Assembly (NCBI GenBank): GCA_964016885.1
Contig: OZ024743.1
Location: 258,478,001 to 258,542,000, forward strand
From: Eledone cirrhosa
Lineage: Eukaryota
Length of the DNA: 64,000 bases
Direction: 5' to 3'
In this document: positions 1-14,625 of the stretch, piece by piece
Layout of the letters: every line of letters starts with the position of its first letter
Numbering within the stretch: the first letter of the stretch is position 1
Made by a program: the position numbers and the translations under genes
Notes under the pieces: model-generated
The model's database searches: none
What the model was told of the DNA's origin: nothing
Seen by the model: the letters and a program-made list of their open reading frames with translations, nothing else

Positions 1-3000
1 AGTCATCACTATTCATTGTCATCAATATTACCATTGTCATCACTATTACCATTGTCATCACTATTACCATTGTCATCACTATTAACATCATCATCACTAT
101 TACGATTGTCATCACTATTACCATTGTCATCACTATTCATTGTCATCACTATTATCATTGTCATCACTATTACCATTGTCATCACTATTCATTGTCATCA
201 CTATTACCATTGTCATCCCTATTACCATTGTCATCACAATTATCATTGTCATCACTATTATCATTGTCATCACTATTACCATTGTCATCACTATTATTAT
301 TGTCATCACTATTACCATTGTCATCACTATTCATTGTCATCACTATTACCATTGTCATCCCTATTACAATTGTCATCACTATTACCATCGTCATCACTAT
401 TATCATTGTCATCACTATTACCATTGTCATCACTATTACCATTGTCATCACTATTACAATTGTCATCACTATTACCATTGTCATCACTATTAACATCATC
501 ATCACTATTACCATTATCATCACTATTACCATTGTCGTCACTATTCATTGTCATAACTATTATCATTGTCATCACTATTACCATTGTCATCACTATTCAT
601 TGTCATCACTATTACCATTGTCATCCCTATTACCATTGTCATTACTATTATCATTGTCATCACTATTATCATTGTCATCACTATTACCATTGTCATCACT
701 ATTATCATTGTCATCACTATTACCATTGTCATCACTATTCATTGTCATCACTATTACCATTGTCATCCCTATTACAATTGTCATCACTATTACCATTGTC
801 ATCACTATTACCATTGTCATCACTATTACCATTGTCATCACTATTATCATTGTCATCACTATTATCATTGTCATCACTATTATCATTGTCATCACTATTA
901 TCATTGTCATCACTATTACCATCGTCATCACTATTATCATTGTCATCACTATTATCATTATCATCACTATTACCATTGTCATCACTATTATCATTGTCAT
1001 CACTATTACCATCGTCATCACTATTATCATTGTCATCACTATTACCATTGTCATCACTATTACCATCGTCATCACTATTATCATTGTCATCACTATTACC
1101 ATTGTCATCACTATTACCATTGTCATCACTATTATCATTGTCATCACTATTATCATTGTCATCACTATTATCATTGTCATCACTATTATCATTGTCATCA
1201 CTATTACCATTGTCATCACTATTACCATTGTCATCACTATTATCATTTTCATCACTATTATCAACGTCATGACTATTATCATCGTCATCACTATTCCCAT
1301 TGTCATCACTATTACCATTGTCATCACTATTATCATTGTCATCACTATTATCATTGTCATCACTATTATCATTGTCATCTCTATTATCATTGTCATCACT
1401 ATTACCATTGTCATCACTATTACCATTGTCATCACTAGTATCATTGTCATCACTATTACCATCGTCATCACTATTATCATTGTCATCACTATTACCATTG
1501 TCATCACTATTACCATTGTCATCACTATTACAATTGTCATCACTATTACCATTGTCATCACTATTAACATCATCATCACTATTACCATTGTCATCACTAT
1601 TACCATTGTCATCACTATTCATTGTCATAACTATTATCATTGTCATCACTATTACCATTGTCATCACTATTCATTGTCATCACTATTACCATTGTCATCC
1701 CTATTACCATTGTCATCACTATTACCATTGTCATCACTATTATCATTGTCATCACTATTATCATTGTCATCACTATTACCATTGTCATCACTATTATCAT
1801 TGTCATCACTATTACCATTGTCATCACTATTATCATTGTCATCACTATTACCATTGTCATCACTATTATCATTGTCATCACTGTCATCATTGTCATCACT
1901 ATTACCATTGTCATCACTATTATCATTGTCATCACTATTACCATTGTCATCACTATTATCATCGTCATCACTATTACCATTGTCATCACTATTACCATTG
2001 TCATCACTATTACCCTTGTCATCACTATTATCATCGTCATCACTATTACCATTGTCATCACTATTATCATCCTCATCACTATTACCATTGTCATCACTAT
2101 TACCCTTGTCATCACTATTATCATCGTCATCACTATTACCATTGTCATCACTATTACCATTGTCATCACTATTATCATTGTCATCACTATTATCATTGTC
2201 ATCACTATTACTATCGTCATCACTATTACCATTGTCATCACTATTTTCATTGTCATCACTATTATCATTGTCATCACTATTATCATTGTCATCACTATTA
2301 CTATCTTCATCACTATTACCATTGTCATCACTATTACCATTGTCATCACTATTACCATTGTCATCACTATTACCATTGTCATCACTATTACCATTGTCAT
2401 CACTATTACCATTTTCATCACTATTATCATTGTCATCACTATTACCATTGTCATCGCTATTACCATTGTCATCACTATTACCATTGTCATCATTATTACC
2501 ATTGTCATCACTATTATCATTGTCATCACTATTACTATCTTCATCACTATTACCATTGTCATCACTATTACCATTGTCATCACTATTACCATTGTCATCA
2601 CTATTACCATTGTCATCACTATTACCATTGTCATCACTATTACCATTGTCATCACTATTACCATTGTCATCACTATTACCATTGTCATCACTATTATCAT
2701 TGTCATCACTATTATCATTGTCATCACTATTATCATTGTCATCACTATTATCATTGTCATCACTATTACCATCGTCATCACTATTATCATTGTCATCACT
2801 ATTATCATTATCATCACTATTACCATTGTCATCACTATTATCATTGTCATCACTATTACCATCGTCATCACTATTATCATTGTCATCACTATTACCATTG
2901 TCATCACTATTACCATCGTCATCACTATTATCATTGTCATCACTATTACCATTGTCATCACTATTACCATTGTCATCACTATTATCATTGTCATCACTAT

Positions 3001-6000
3001 TATCATTGTCATCACTATTATCATTGTCATCACTATTATAATTGTCATCACTATTACCATTGTCATCACTATTACCATTGTCATCACTATTATCATTTTC
3101 ATCACTATTATCAACGTCATGACTATTATCATCGTCATCACTATTCCCATTGTCATCACTATTACCATTGTCATCACTATTATCATTGTCATCACTATTA
3201 TCATTGTCATCACTATTATCATTGTCATCTCTATTATCATTGTCATCACTATTACCATTGTCATCACTATTACCATTGTCATCACTAGTATCATTGTCAT
3301 CACTATTACCATCGTCATCACTATTATCATTGTCATCACTATTACCATTGTCATCACTATTACCATTGTCATCACTATTACAATTGTCATCACTATTACC
3401 ATTGTCATCACTATTAACATCATCATCACTATTACCATTGTCATCACTATTACCATTGTCATCACTATTCATTGTCATAACTATTATCATTGTCATCACT
3501 ATTACCATTGTCATCACTATTCATTGTCATCACTATTACCATTGTCATCCCTATTACCATTGTCATCACTATTACCATTGTCATCACTATTATCATTGTC
3601 ATCACTATTATCATTGTCATCACTATTACCATTGTCATCACTATTATCATTGTCATCACTATTACCATTGTCATCACTATTATCATTGTCATCACTATTA
3701 CCATTGTCATCACTATTATCATTGTCATCACTGTCATCATTGTCATCACTATTACCATTGTCATCACTATTATCATTGTCATCACTATTACCATTGTCAT
3801 CACTATTATCATCGTCATCACTATTACCATTGTCATCACTATTACCATTGTCATCACTATTACCCTTGTCATCACTATTATCATCGTCATCACTATTACC
3901 ATTGTCATCACTATTATCATCCTCATCACTATTACCATTGTCATCACTATTACCCTTGTCATCACTATTATCATCGTCATCACTATTACCATTGTCATCA
4001 CTATTACCATTGTCATCACTATTATCATTGTCATCACTATTATCATTGTCATCACTATTACTATCGTCATCACTATTACCATTGTCATCACTATTTTCAT
4101 TGTCATCACTATTATCATTGTCATCACTATTATCATTGTCATCACTATTACTATCTTCATCACTATTACCATTGTCATCACTATTACCATTGTCATCACT
4201 ATTACCATTGTCATCACTATTACCATTGTCATCACTATTACCATTGTCATCACTATTACCATTTTCATCACTATTATCATTGTCATCACTATTACCATTG
4301 TCATCGCTATTACCATTGTCATCACTATTACCATTGTCATCATTATTACCATTGTCATCACTATTATCATTGTCATCACTATTACTATCTTCATCACTAT
4401 TACCATTGTCATCACTATTACCATTGTCATCACTATTACCATTGTCATCACTATTACCATTGTCATCACTATTACCATTGTCATCACTATTACCATTGTC
4501 ATCACTATTACCATTTTCATCACTATTATCATTGTCATCACTATTACCATTGTCATCGCTATTACCATTGTCATCACTATTACCATTGTCATCATTATTA
4601 CCATTGTCATCACTATTATCATTGTCATCACTATTACCATTGTCATGACAATTACCATTGTCATCACTATTACCATTGTCATCTCTATTATCATTGTCAT
4701 CACTATTATCATTGTCATCACTATTATCATTGTCATCACTATTACCATTGTCATCACTATTACCATCGTCATCACTATTATCATTGTCATCACTATTACC
4801 ATCGTCATCACTATTACCATTGTCATCACTATTATCATTGTCATCACTATTAACACCGTCATCACTATTATCATTGTCATCACTATTACCATTGTCATCA
4901 CTATTAACATTGTCATCACTATTACCATTGTCATCACTATTATCATTGTCATCACTATTACCATTGTCATCACTATTACCATTGTCATCACTATTATCAT
5001 TGTCATCACTATTATCATTGTCATCACTATTATCATTGTCACCACTATTACCATTGTCATCACTATTACCATTGTCATCACTATTACCATTGTCATCACT
5101 ATTACCATTGTCATCACTATTACCATTGTCATCACTATTACCATTGTCATCACTATTAACATTGTCATCACTATTATCATTGTCATCACTATTACCATTG
5201 TCATCACTATTATCATTGTCATCACTATTATCATTGTCATCACTATTACCATTGTCATCACTATTAGCATTGTCATCACTATTATCATTGTCATTACTAT
5301 TACCATTGTCATTACTATTATCATTGTCATCACTATTATCATTGTCATCACTATTACCATTGTCATCACTATTATCATTGTCATCACTATTACCATTGTC
5401 ATCACTATTACCATCGTCATCACTATTATCATTGTCATCACTATTACCATCGTCATCACTATTACCATTGTCATCACTATTACCATTGTCATCACTATTA
5501 TCATCGTCATCACTATTATCATTGTCATCACTATTACCATTGTCATCGCTATTACCATTGTCATCACTATTACCATTGTCATCACTATTACCATTGTCAT
5601 CACTATTCATTGTCATCACTATTACCATTGTCATCACTATTACCATTGTCATCACTATTCATTGTCATCAATATTACCATTGTCATCACTATTACCATTG
5701 TCATCACTATTACCATTGTCATCACTATTAACATCATCATCACTATTACGATTGTCATCACTATTACCATTGTCATCACTATTCATTGTCATCACTATTA
5801 TCATTGTCATCACTATTACCATTGTCATCACTATTCATTGTCATCACTATTACCATTGTCATCCCTATTACCATTGTCATCGCAATTATCATTGTCATCA
5901 CTATTATCATTGTCATCACTATTACCATTGTCATCACTATTATTATTGTCATCACTATTACCATTGTCATCACTATTCATTGTCATCACTATTACCATTG

Positions 6001-8880
6001 TCATCCCTATTACAATTGTCATCACTATTACCATCGTCATCACTATTATCATTGTCATCACTATTACCATTGTCATCACTATTACCATTGTCATCACTAT
6101 TACAATTGTCATCACTATTACCATTGTCATCACTATTAACATCATCATCACTATTACCATTGTCATCACTATTACCATTGTCGTCACTATTCATTGTCAT
6201 AACTATTATCATTGTCATCACTATTACCATTGTCATCACTATTCATTGTCATCACTATTACCATTGTCATCCCTATTACCATTGTCATTACTATTATCAT
6301 TGTCATCACTATTATCATTGTCATCACTATTACCATTGTCATCACTATTATCATTGTCATCACTATTACCATTGTCATCACTATTCATTGTCATCACTAT
6401 TACCATTGTCATCCCTATTACAATTGTCATCACTATTACCATTGTCATCACTATTACCATTGTCATCACTATTATCATTGTCATCACTATTATCATTGTC
6501 ATCACTATTATCATTGTCATCACTATTATCATTGTCATCACTATTACCATCGTCATCACTATTATCATTGTCATCACTATTATCATTATCATCACTATTA
6601 CCATTGTCATCACTATTATCATTGTCATCACTATTACCATCGTCATCACTATTATCATTGTCATCACTATTACCATTGTCATCACTATTACCATCGTCAT
6701 CACTATTATCATTGTCATCACTATTACCATTGTCATCACTATTACCATTGTCATCACTATTATCATTGTCATCACTATTATCATTGTCATCACTATTATC
6801 ATTGTCATCACTATTATCATTGTCATCACTATTACCATTGTCATCACTATTACCATTGTCATCACTATTATCATTTTCATCACTATTATCAACGTCATGA
6901 CTATTATCATCGTCATCACTATTCCCATTGTCATCACTATTACCATTGTCATCACTATTATCATTGTCATCACTATTATCATTGTCATCACTATTATCAT
7001 TGTCATCTCTATTATCATTGTCATCACTATTACCATTGTCATCACTATTACCATTGTCATCACTAGTATCATTGTCATCACTATTACCATTGTCATCACT
7101 ATTACCATTGTCATCACTAGTATCATTGTCATCACTATTACCATTGTCATCACTATTACCATTGTCATCACTATTACAATTGTCATCACTATTACCATTG
7201 TCATCACTATTACCATCGTCATCACTATTATCATTGTCATCACTATTACCATTGTCATCACTATTACCATTGTCATCACTATTATCATTGTCATCACTAT
7301 TACCATTGTCATCACTATTACCATTGTCATCACTATTACCCTTGTCATCACTATTATCATCGTCATCACTATTACCATTGTCATCACTATTATCATCCTC
7401 ATCACTATTACCATTGTCATCACTATTACCCTTGTCATCACTATTATCATCGTCATCACTATTACCATTGTCATCACTATTACCATTGTCATCACTATTA
7501 TCATTGTCATCACTATTATCATTGTCATCACTATTACTATCGTCATCACTATTACCATTGTCATCACTATTTTCATTGTCATCACTATTACCATTGTCAT
7601 CACTATTACCATTGTCATCACTATTACCATTGTCATCACTATTACCATTGTCATCACTATTATCATTGTCATCACTATTATCATTGTCATCACTATTACT
7701 ATCTTCATCACTATTACCATTGTCATCACTATTACCATTGTCATCACTATTACCATTGTCATCACTATTACCATTGTCATCACTATTACCATTGTCATCA
7801 CTATTACCATTTTCATCACTATTATCATTGTCATCACTATTACCATTGTCATCGCTATTACCATTGTCATCACTATTACCATTGTCATCATTATTACCAT
7901 TGTCATCACTATTATCATTGTCATCACTATTACCATTGTCATGACAATTACCATTGTCATCACTATTACCATTGTCATCTCTATTATCATTGTCATCACT
8001 ATTATCATTGTCATCTCTATTATCATTGTCATCACTATTATCATTGTCATCACTATTACCATTGTCATCACTATTACCATCGTCATCACTATTATCATTG
8101 TCATCACTATTACCATCGTCATCACTATTACCATTGTCATCACTATTATCATTGTCATCACTATTAACACCGTCATCACTATTATCATTGTCATCACTAT
8201 TACCATTGTCATCACTATTAACATTGTCATCACTATTACCATTGTCATCACTATTATCATTGTCATCACTATTACCATTGTCATCACTATTACCATTGTC
8301 ATCACTATTATCATTGTCATCACTATTATCATTGTCATCACTATTATCATTGTCACCACTATTACCATTGTCATCACTATTACCATTGTCATCACTATTA
8401 CCATTGTCATCACTATTCATTGTCATCACTATTACCATTGTCATCACTATTACCATTGTCATCACTATTAACAACATCATCACTATTACGATTGTCATCA
8501 CTATTACCATTGTCATCACTATTCATTGTCATCACTATTATCATCGTCATCACTATTACCATTGTCATCACTATTATCATCGTCATCACTATTACCATTG
8601 TCATCACTATTACCATTGTCATCACTATTATCATTGTCATCACTATTATCATTGTCATCACTATTCATTGTCATCACTATTCATTGTCATCACTATTATC
8701 ATTGTCATCACTATTCATTGTCATCACTATTACCATTGTCATCACTATTATCATTGTCATCACTATTACCATTGTCATCACTATTACCATTGTCATCTCT
8801 ATTAACATCATCATCACTATTATCATTGTCATCACTATTAACATCGTCATCACTATTAACATCGTCATCACTATTAACAT
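1..8880. repeat. 18-bp minisatellite array (CATTGTCATCACTATTAC/T) with 16-bp variant units and kb-scale higher-order duplications; runs off the left edge
   Basis: Unit read directly. Rare variant TCAACGTCATGACT recurs at 1261, 3111 and ~6889. Array fades into degenerate CAT/CAC triplets at ~8880-8980. Confidence 0.98.
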
Positions 8881-8999
8881 TGTTATTATCACTACCTCTA
8901 CCATCATCATTATCACTACCATCACCAACATTACCAGTATCATTCTCCCTATCACCACCACCAACATCATCATCAGCATCCTGACCGACATAGTCATTA

Positions 9000-9170
9000 T
9001 ACTAGTAGAATTATTCAGTATCAGTAGAGCATTGAACAAAATGCTTTGCTATATTTAGTTATGACTTTGTACATTCTGAGTTCAAATCCCAGATAGCTCA
9101 ACATTGCCTTTCATCTATCAGGCGTCAATAAAGTACAAGTCAAAGCCGTGGGCCTAAGCTAGAAATTATT
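9000..9170 (+). mobile_element. Decayed tRNA-derived SINE (Nin/Deu-like domain family)
   Basis: B-box-like TTCTGAGTTCAAATCCC followed by TTGCCTTTCATC...GTCAATAAAGTAC; same motif set as 20900-21105. Confidence 0.55.
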
Positions 9171-9204
9171 ATCTCTGTTGTTGTCATTGTTGTTGCATGT
9201 CAGT

Positions 9205-9871
9205 TACACATACACACACACACACACACACATGTGCTTATGCATATACTCATTGATGATACGTAGGTACATAAACATATACTACTCACACATACAGACC
9301 TACACACACACATACAGACCTATATACACATGGAGACAAATGCATGCACATAAATATATGTACCCATTCATATACTCATATAGATACATAGGTGTATAAA
9401 CATATATATGCATGCTACTCACACATATAGACATGCACAGGTGCACAGAAAGAAACACACACATATATATATATATTACCTATACAGACACATTGGTACA
9501 TAAATGTATTTATGTATACATATATACACAGATAAACTGTAGCACACCAAATTATATATATGAACCCATACATATATTCGTAAATATACATAGGTAAATA
9601 GACATATATAAGCATACTACTCACATATATGTACACATTAACATACACAAATCCATACCTACGGATGCATCTATATAGATATATACACATGCAAAGACAT
9701 GCACATAGGCACATACACACATACACATACATACACAGATATATCTATGCATACACAAACATACATGCCCTCATATATGTGTAGTTGTATATGTGTGTGA
9801 ACAATTGTATCTTTGAATGTATGGTAAGTATTTGTACATGTCTAAGGATGTACTCGTGTGTATGTGTGTGA

Positions 9872-9909
<38 letters not shown>

Positions 9910-10150
9910 TCACACACATACACACGAGTACATCCTTAGACATGTACAAATACATACCATACATTCAAAGATACAATTGTACGCACACATATTCAACTAC
10001 ACATATATATACTTACACATACACAGATACAACTATACATACATGCACATACACATACATACACTCACAGTTATATATATATACACACACTGACATGTAT
10101 ACACACACACACATGTATATATATATATATACACACACACATACATACAT
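9205..10150. repeat. Compound (CA)n/(TA)n/(TACA)n low-complexity tract
   Basis: Directly visible; the ORFs here are Y/I/H/T low-complexity artefacts. Confidence 0.9.
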
Positions 10151-10540
10151 ATCCCTGGTGACTTTAATCTATAAGCACCAAAATCTAAATGGTGTGTCTA
10201 AAATGTGTTAGAATAATTTTTTTGAAAACCTATAAAACCTCAAATATAATAATAGCAAGAACTGTTTGATGTGAGGAATATAAAACCACACTAATATTTG
10301 TCTTGTATTTCTTCCTTGTTTTTTTTTAATTTGGTTTGTATTCTGGTTTTTTACTGTAGAATCACACCATAAATACGTTGCCTTCCTTGTTTCTCATAAA
10401 TGGCCATAGAAAACCATTTTTTAACTGAGGGGCAAAACACTGCTTCTGAAAATGGCCCTCTTTTAACGACAATATTTTACTGAAATAATAATATTTGGAT
10501 TATAGATATATATATAGATGTGCATATGCGTGTGTTTGTA

Positions 10541-10575
<35 letters not shown>

Positions 10576-10782
10576 GTAGGTAGGTAGGTAGTTACAAAAA
10601 GAGGATTGAGATTTTCTATTTTTTAGTATGTATGCGTATGGTGGGGGTGGGGAAAATGTAACTTACTCTATTATTATTATTATTATTATCATTATTATTA
10701 TTATTAAACTAGAAGCATAATGTAACTTGGGTTCATTCCACCGTATTTTTAATAACAGAAGAGAAACTTATGTGTATGTATG

Positions 10783-10819
<37 letters not shown>

Positions 10820-10852
10820 ATATTTTTAATAACAGAGAGAAATGTATGAATG

Positions 10853-10885
<33 letters not shown>

Positions 10886-11148
10886 ACCTTTATAGCTATA
10901 AGTTTACATGAATTTACATAAAAAATTATTAGACATGCATTATCAAAGTGAATCCTAAACTCCTAAACACATATGGATATATATATATATAAAACATATA
11001 TGAACACAACTATATATAAAATCATATATACACATACATTCAGGTTTTATATATATATACATACACACACATGTAATTCCATTTAATATATGCAAACACA
11101 TGTTCAGCTTTATATGTGTATTCAAATAAAATCAAGCAATATCTATCT

Positions 11149-11208
<60 letters not shown>

Positions 11209-11491
11209 GAAAGGTATAGAAAACATTGTAGCAAGAAGCCAACAGTATTCCATAGTATATATATATATCGGGTGGGGGGACTCAAATCTATGAACATTGA
11301 ATATTCATATAGATATTAAGTTGCATATACACACATCTTGATTAAAACATGGGCATATCTAAAATATGCTATACCTCCAGAAGCTTAGAAGAGCACTTCC
11401 CTCTCCCCCACACACTTATATCCATAAACACACATGTGCTTTCCTCCTGTAAATATTTTGCTCTCATCTATCACATCTTTTTTATCTCTCA

Positions 11492-11529
11492 TTCTTCCAA
11501 TGAAGAATTAATGTCCAAAACGTTAAGAC
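11492..11529 (+). ncRNA. Degenerate minimal hammerhead-like remnant
   Basis: TTCTT CCAATGA AGAATTAATGTCC AAAA CGTTA AGAC aligns with the 49859/50281 copies. Both core boxes (CUGAUGA, GAAA) are mutated. Confidence 0.35.
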
Positions 11530-11809
11530 TCTTTCCCTGCCATATCAAGTATTAAACTAATATATGTTAACATTGTACTGTGTTTTTCTCCTGTGTTGTT
11601 TTTCCTTGTTGACTTTTGCATCTATATGTATATACATATAGATGCAAAAGTCATGTATATACCTACATATATACACATAAGCATATATATATACACATAA
11701 GCATACACACACTCAAGTCAAAGTCAATGACACACGACCGTGACTTCTGGCGTCACGCAGTAATACAGGGTACCCGACCTCCCATGGGTACATGCTGAAG
11801 CATATAAAC

Positions 11810-12098
11810 AATATGCCCCCCCCCCCACCGCAAGGTGGTCGTGGAGGTGCCACGGCAAAAAAGCACCCAGCCCACACTGTAAAGTGGACGTGTAGGCGCC
11901 ACGAAAAAGCACCCAGCACTCACTGTAAATGAGGTTGGTGTTAGGAAGGGCATCCAGCTGTAGAAATCAAGCCAGATCAGTTCCTGTATGAGCAAGGCAT
12001 GGTCAGCCGACCAGACACTGCCCACAACAGGACAACCCGTCTAACCCATGCTAGCGTGGAAGAACGGACGTAAAACGGTGATGATGATGATGATGATG
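11810..12098 (+). mobile_element. SINE-like 3' module ending in an RTE-type tail
   Basis: Tandem GCCACG..AAAAAGCACCCAG..CACTGTAAA subunits, then GTTAGGAAGGGCATCCAGC, then CCCATGCTAGCGTGGAAGAACGGACGTAAAACGG(TGA)n. Confidence 0.8.
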
Positions 12099-12180
12099 AC
12101 ACTAATACACACACACAAATACACACATACATACATACAAACATATATATACATATACATATATATATATATATATATAG

Positions 12181-12345
12181 GGCGGGTAAAATTCCCGAGA
12201 TCCATGGACGAGTTCTCTCTCCAGCGGTCTCTGTCCCTCATTATCGCTGCCATGTCCTGCGTCTCCAAGAGACCAGTGTCTGTCCTTAGGGCATCAACAT
12301 ATGTTAGCCTCGGTCTTCCTCTTCCAGTGTGTCCATATATCAAAA
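12181..12345 (-). mobile_element. 3'-terminal fragment of a second RTE/RTEX-like LINE family
   Basis: Translation GHTGRGRPRLTYVDALRTDTGL...AIMRDRDRWRE matches the RTE C-terminal GRPR..W/Y....DR..WR signature. Confidence 0.7.
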
Positions 12346-13919
12346 GTTTTTTTTTTTTTATCAGGAATGACCTTGTGTTTGCACCTGAAATTTTCCTGTA
12401 TTTTATCCAGGTCTGTAGTTTGAGGATATTTTCCTCTTCCCTTCCCACCAATATTGGGGACCCTGAAAATTGGCCACCCTAAGGCCAATTTCCCTGTTAA
12501 AGAGGGGTTAACCATGCAGGCTCCTTGACAGACATCATATTGATCATTGGGTTCAAGGCAATTTTACAACCAGATACTGTTCCCCATGCCAAAACTTTTT
12601 GTCATCTCTTTCAATATGCAGAGTTAAGGTGTATTTATTCTTGAATGGATAGATAAAGAACAGACTAAAGGATAAAAGATAAACTTGAGATGAATAAATT
12701 TTAGAATTTTGGAAATAGTTTTGACAAGTATGATACACACACCTGATGTTTATATATGAAAGATTATCTCTACTATAATTAAGATTGTCCAATTAAGTGT
12801 TTGTAGCACTGTAGTAGCTTGGTACATTCTCTATTTTGATAGTGAACTTTTACTCATTAAGAGAAACTGTTCACAATAACATCTTAATTCTGGGTGGATT
12901 TCAAATAAACCTATAATCAGAAAATGTTCTATCATATTGTTTACATATATTTTCAAACGCTAGCTTGTTATCTCTTAAAAAAAAGAAACCAATATTTTCA
13001 CTAAATACAACTTAGAGATTGACAGATATCTGTTTGATATCTTCCAATATCTGATTAGTTCTTATTTGAAAACAATTAAAAGTGAAAATTTCTACTACAC
13101 AGCAATGAATACAAAATAGTTTCCATTTCAAATTAGACATTTTATCAGTATCTTTGTTAACAATAAGAACAAGAAAATTATGAGGACATGACCAACCTTT
13201 CCAATGTTACATACAACAAATATTGTGATGATTCAGACACATCACAAAAATGCCAACTTCCCAAAATACCAAACTATCTATTGTACATTTAACTCAAGGA
13301 TGGCAGGCCACAGGTATTCCTATCATTTTATTCTTTTACTGATTTCAATCACTCACTAGACAGTGACCATTGGAGCAAGTTTTTCAAGAGATTTTGACCA
13401 GCCTATCAACTCTAGTACTTAATTATTTTTATAGTCTGCTTCTTATTTTCTTGATTTCGTTTTTTGTCAAACCAATAAGATATGGTACATAAATAGTTAA
13501 AATGTAAACATACACACAAGAGGAGAGCCAGACAGATAGACACACACATATATAGATATATATAGGAAAAGTCAACCAGGAAAAATATCAGAAGATAAAA
13601 TGAGAGATAGAAGAAGAAATAGAAGGATAGACAAGAAAAAGTAAAGGAAGAAATGGAAATAATTTTTTTCAAAGGAAGAAAGCATATGTGTGTTTATAAT
13701 AATCCATTTGATAGGCTTCCAAACATTTTATGTCCAACGAGTTTTACTCCCACCACTAAGGGTAACCTGAAGTTATGATCAAGTATATAATCAGGGCTAC
13801 TGTCCTCATAGATGGTCTGGAGGTTGGGGATTAAATATATTCCAGTTTGATGAGGCCCTTCCTAATGCCAAACACTTTACAGAGTGAAAGGTTTGAAAAA
13901 TGTAAGTACTGTGAAATAT

Positions 13920-14041
13920 CATTGTTGTCATCACTGTCATCTTCCTCCTCCTCCTCCTCCTCATCATCATCCTCATCATCATCATCATCTTCCTCCCCCG
14001 CATCATCATCATCCTCCTCCTCATCATCATCATCATCATCG

Positions 14042-14078
<37 letters not shown>

Positions 14079-14103
14079 GATCTTCATCAGTATTTTCATC
14101 ATC
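13920..14103. repeat. (CAT)n/(CCT)n trinucleotide microsatellite
   Basis: Directly visible. Confidence 0.95.
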
Positions 14104-14414
14104 CTTTTACATTCTTATTCAATGCTGAGTATTGTGAAAGTAGTTGAGTATTCCATGAACTCATTGTGCCCTTAACATAATTCTCAGACAGAATCAGCAT
14201 AATAAAATATGTTTGTGACAAGGCTGTTTCTTTGAGTCACTAGTACAGTCAATTTGATGGGCTCCCATACAGTTTCCTGCTTTTCCAATTTTACTCACAA
14301 GGCTTGGGTATAACCAAGATTATGATAAGCTACATGATGTGAAGGAACCCATGACCTCATGATTGCAAAGTGAGTTTCTTAACCTTTCAGCTATGATTGA
14401 CGAAAATATTGATT

Positions 14415-14625
14415 TCTAATTTAGGCATAAGGCCAGCAAATTTGGTAAATAGGTAAAGCTGAATAAATCAAACCCAGTGCTTGACTGATGCATTATTTTA
14501 TTGAGTCCGAAAATATAAAAAACAAAGTTAACCGCAATGAGATTTAAAATAAGAATATGTAAAGAGCCAGAACAAATATTACAATAACATTTTATCCAAC
14601 ACTCTAACAATTCTGCCAATCAACT
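14415..14625 (-). mobile_element. Decayed tRNA-derived SINE (same family as 20900-21105)
   Basis: Reverse complement matches the AATAAAATA..CAGTCAAG.ACTGGG.TTGATTT..CCAAATTT.CTGG tail of the 20900 copy. Confidence 0.55.

Noticed and set aside
16-9058. Many long overlapping SLLP, IVIT, HCHHYY, MTMV and NSDD ORFs
   Set aside because: Products of the 18-bp repeat, open in five frames and frameshifted by 16-bp units.
12350-12800. Possible host exon on the minus strand (short ORFs, a TTTAG acceptor-like site)
   Set aside because: All frames stop quickly and I recognise no domain. Cannot be supported without transcript data.
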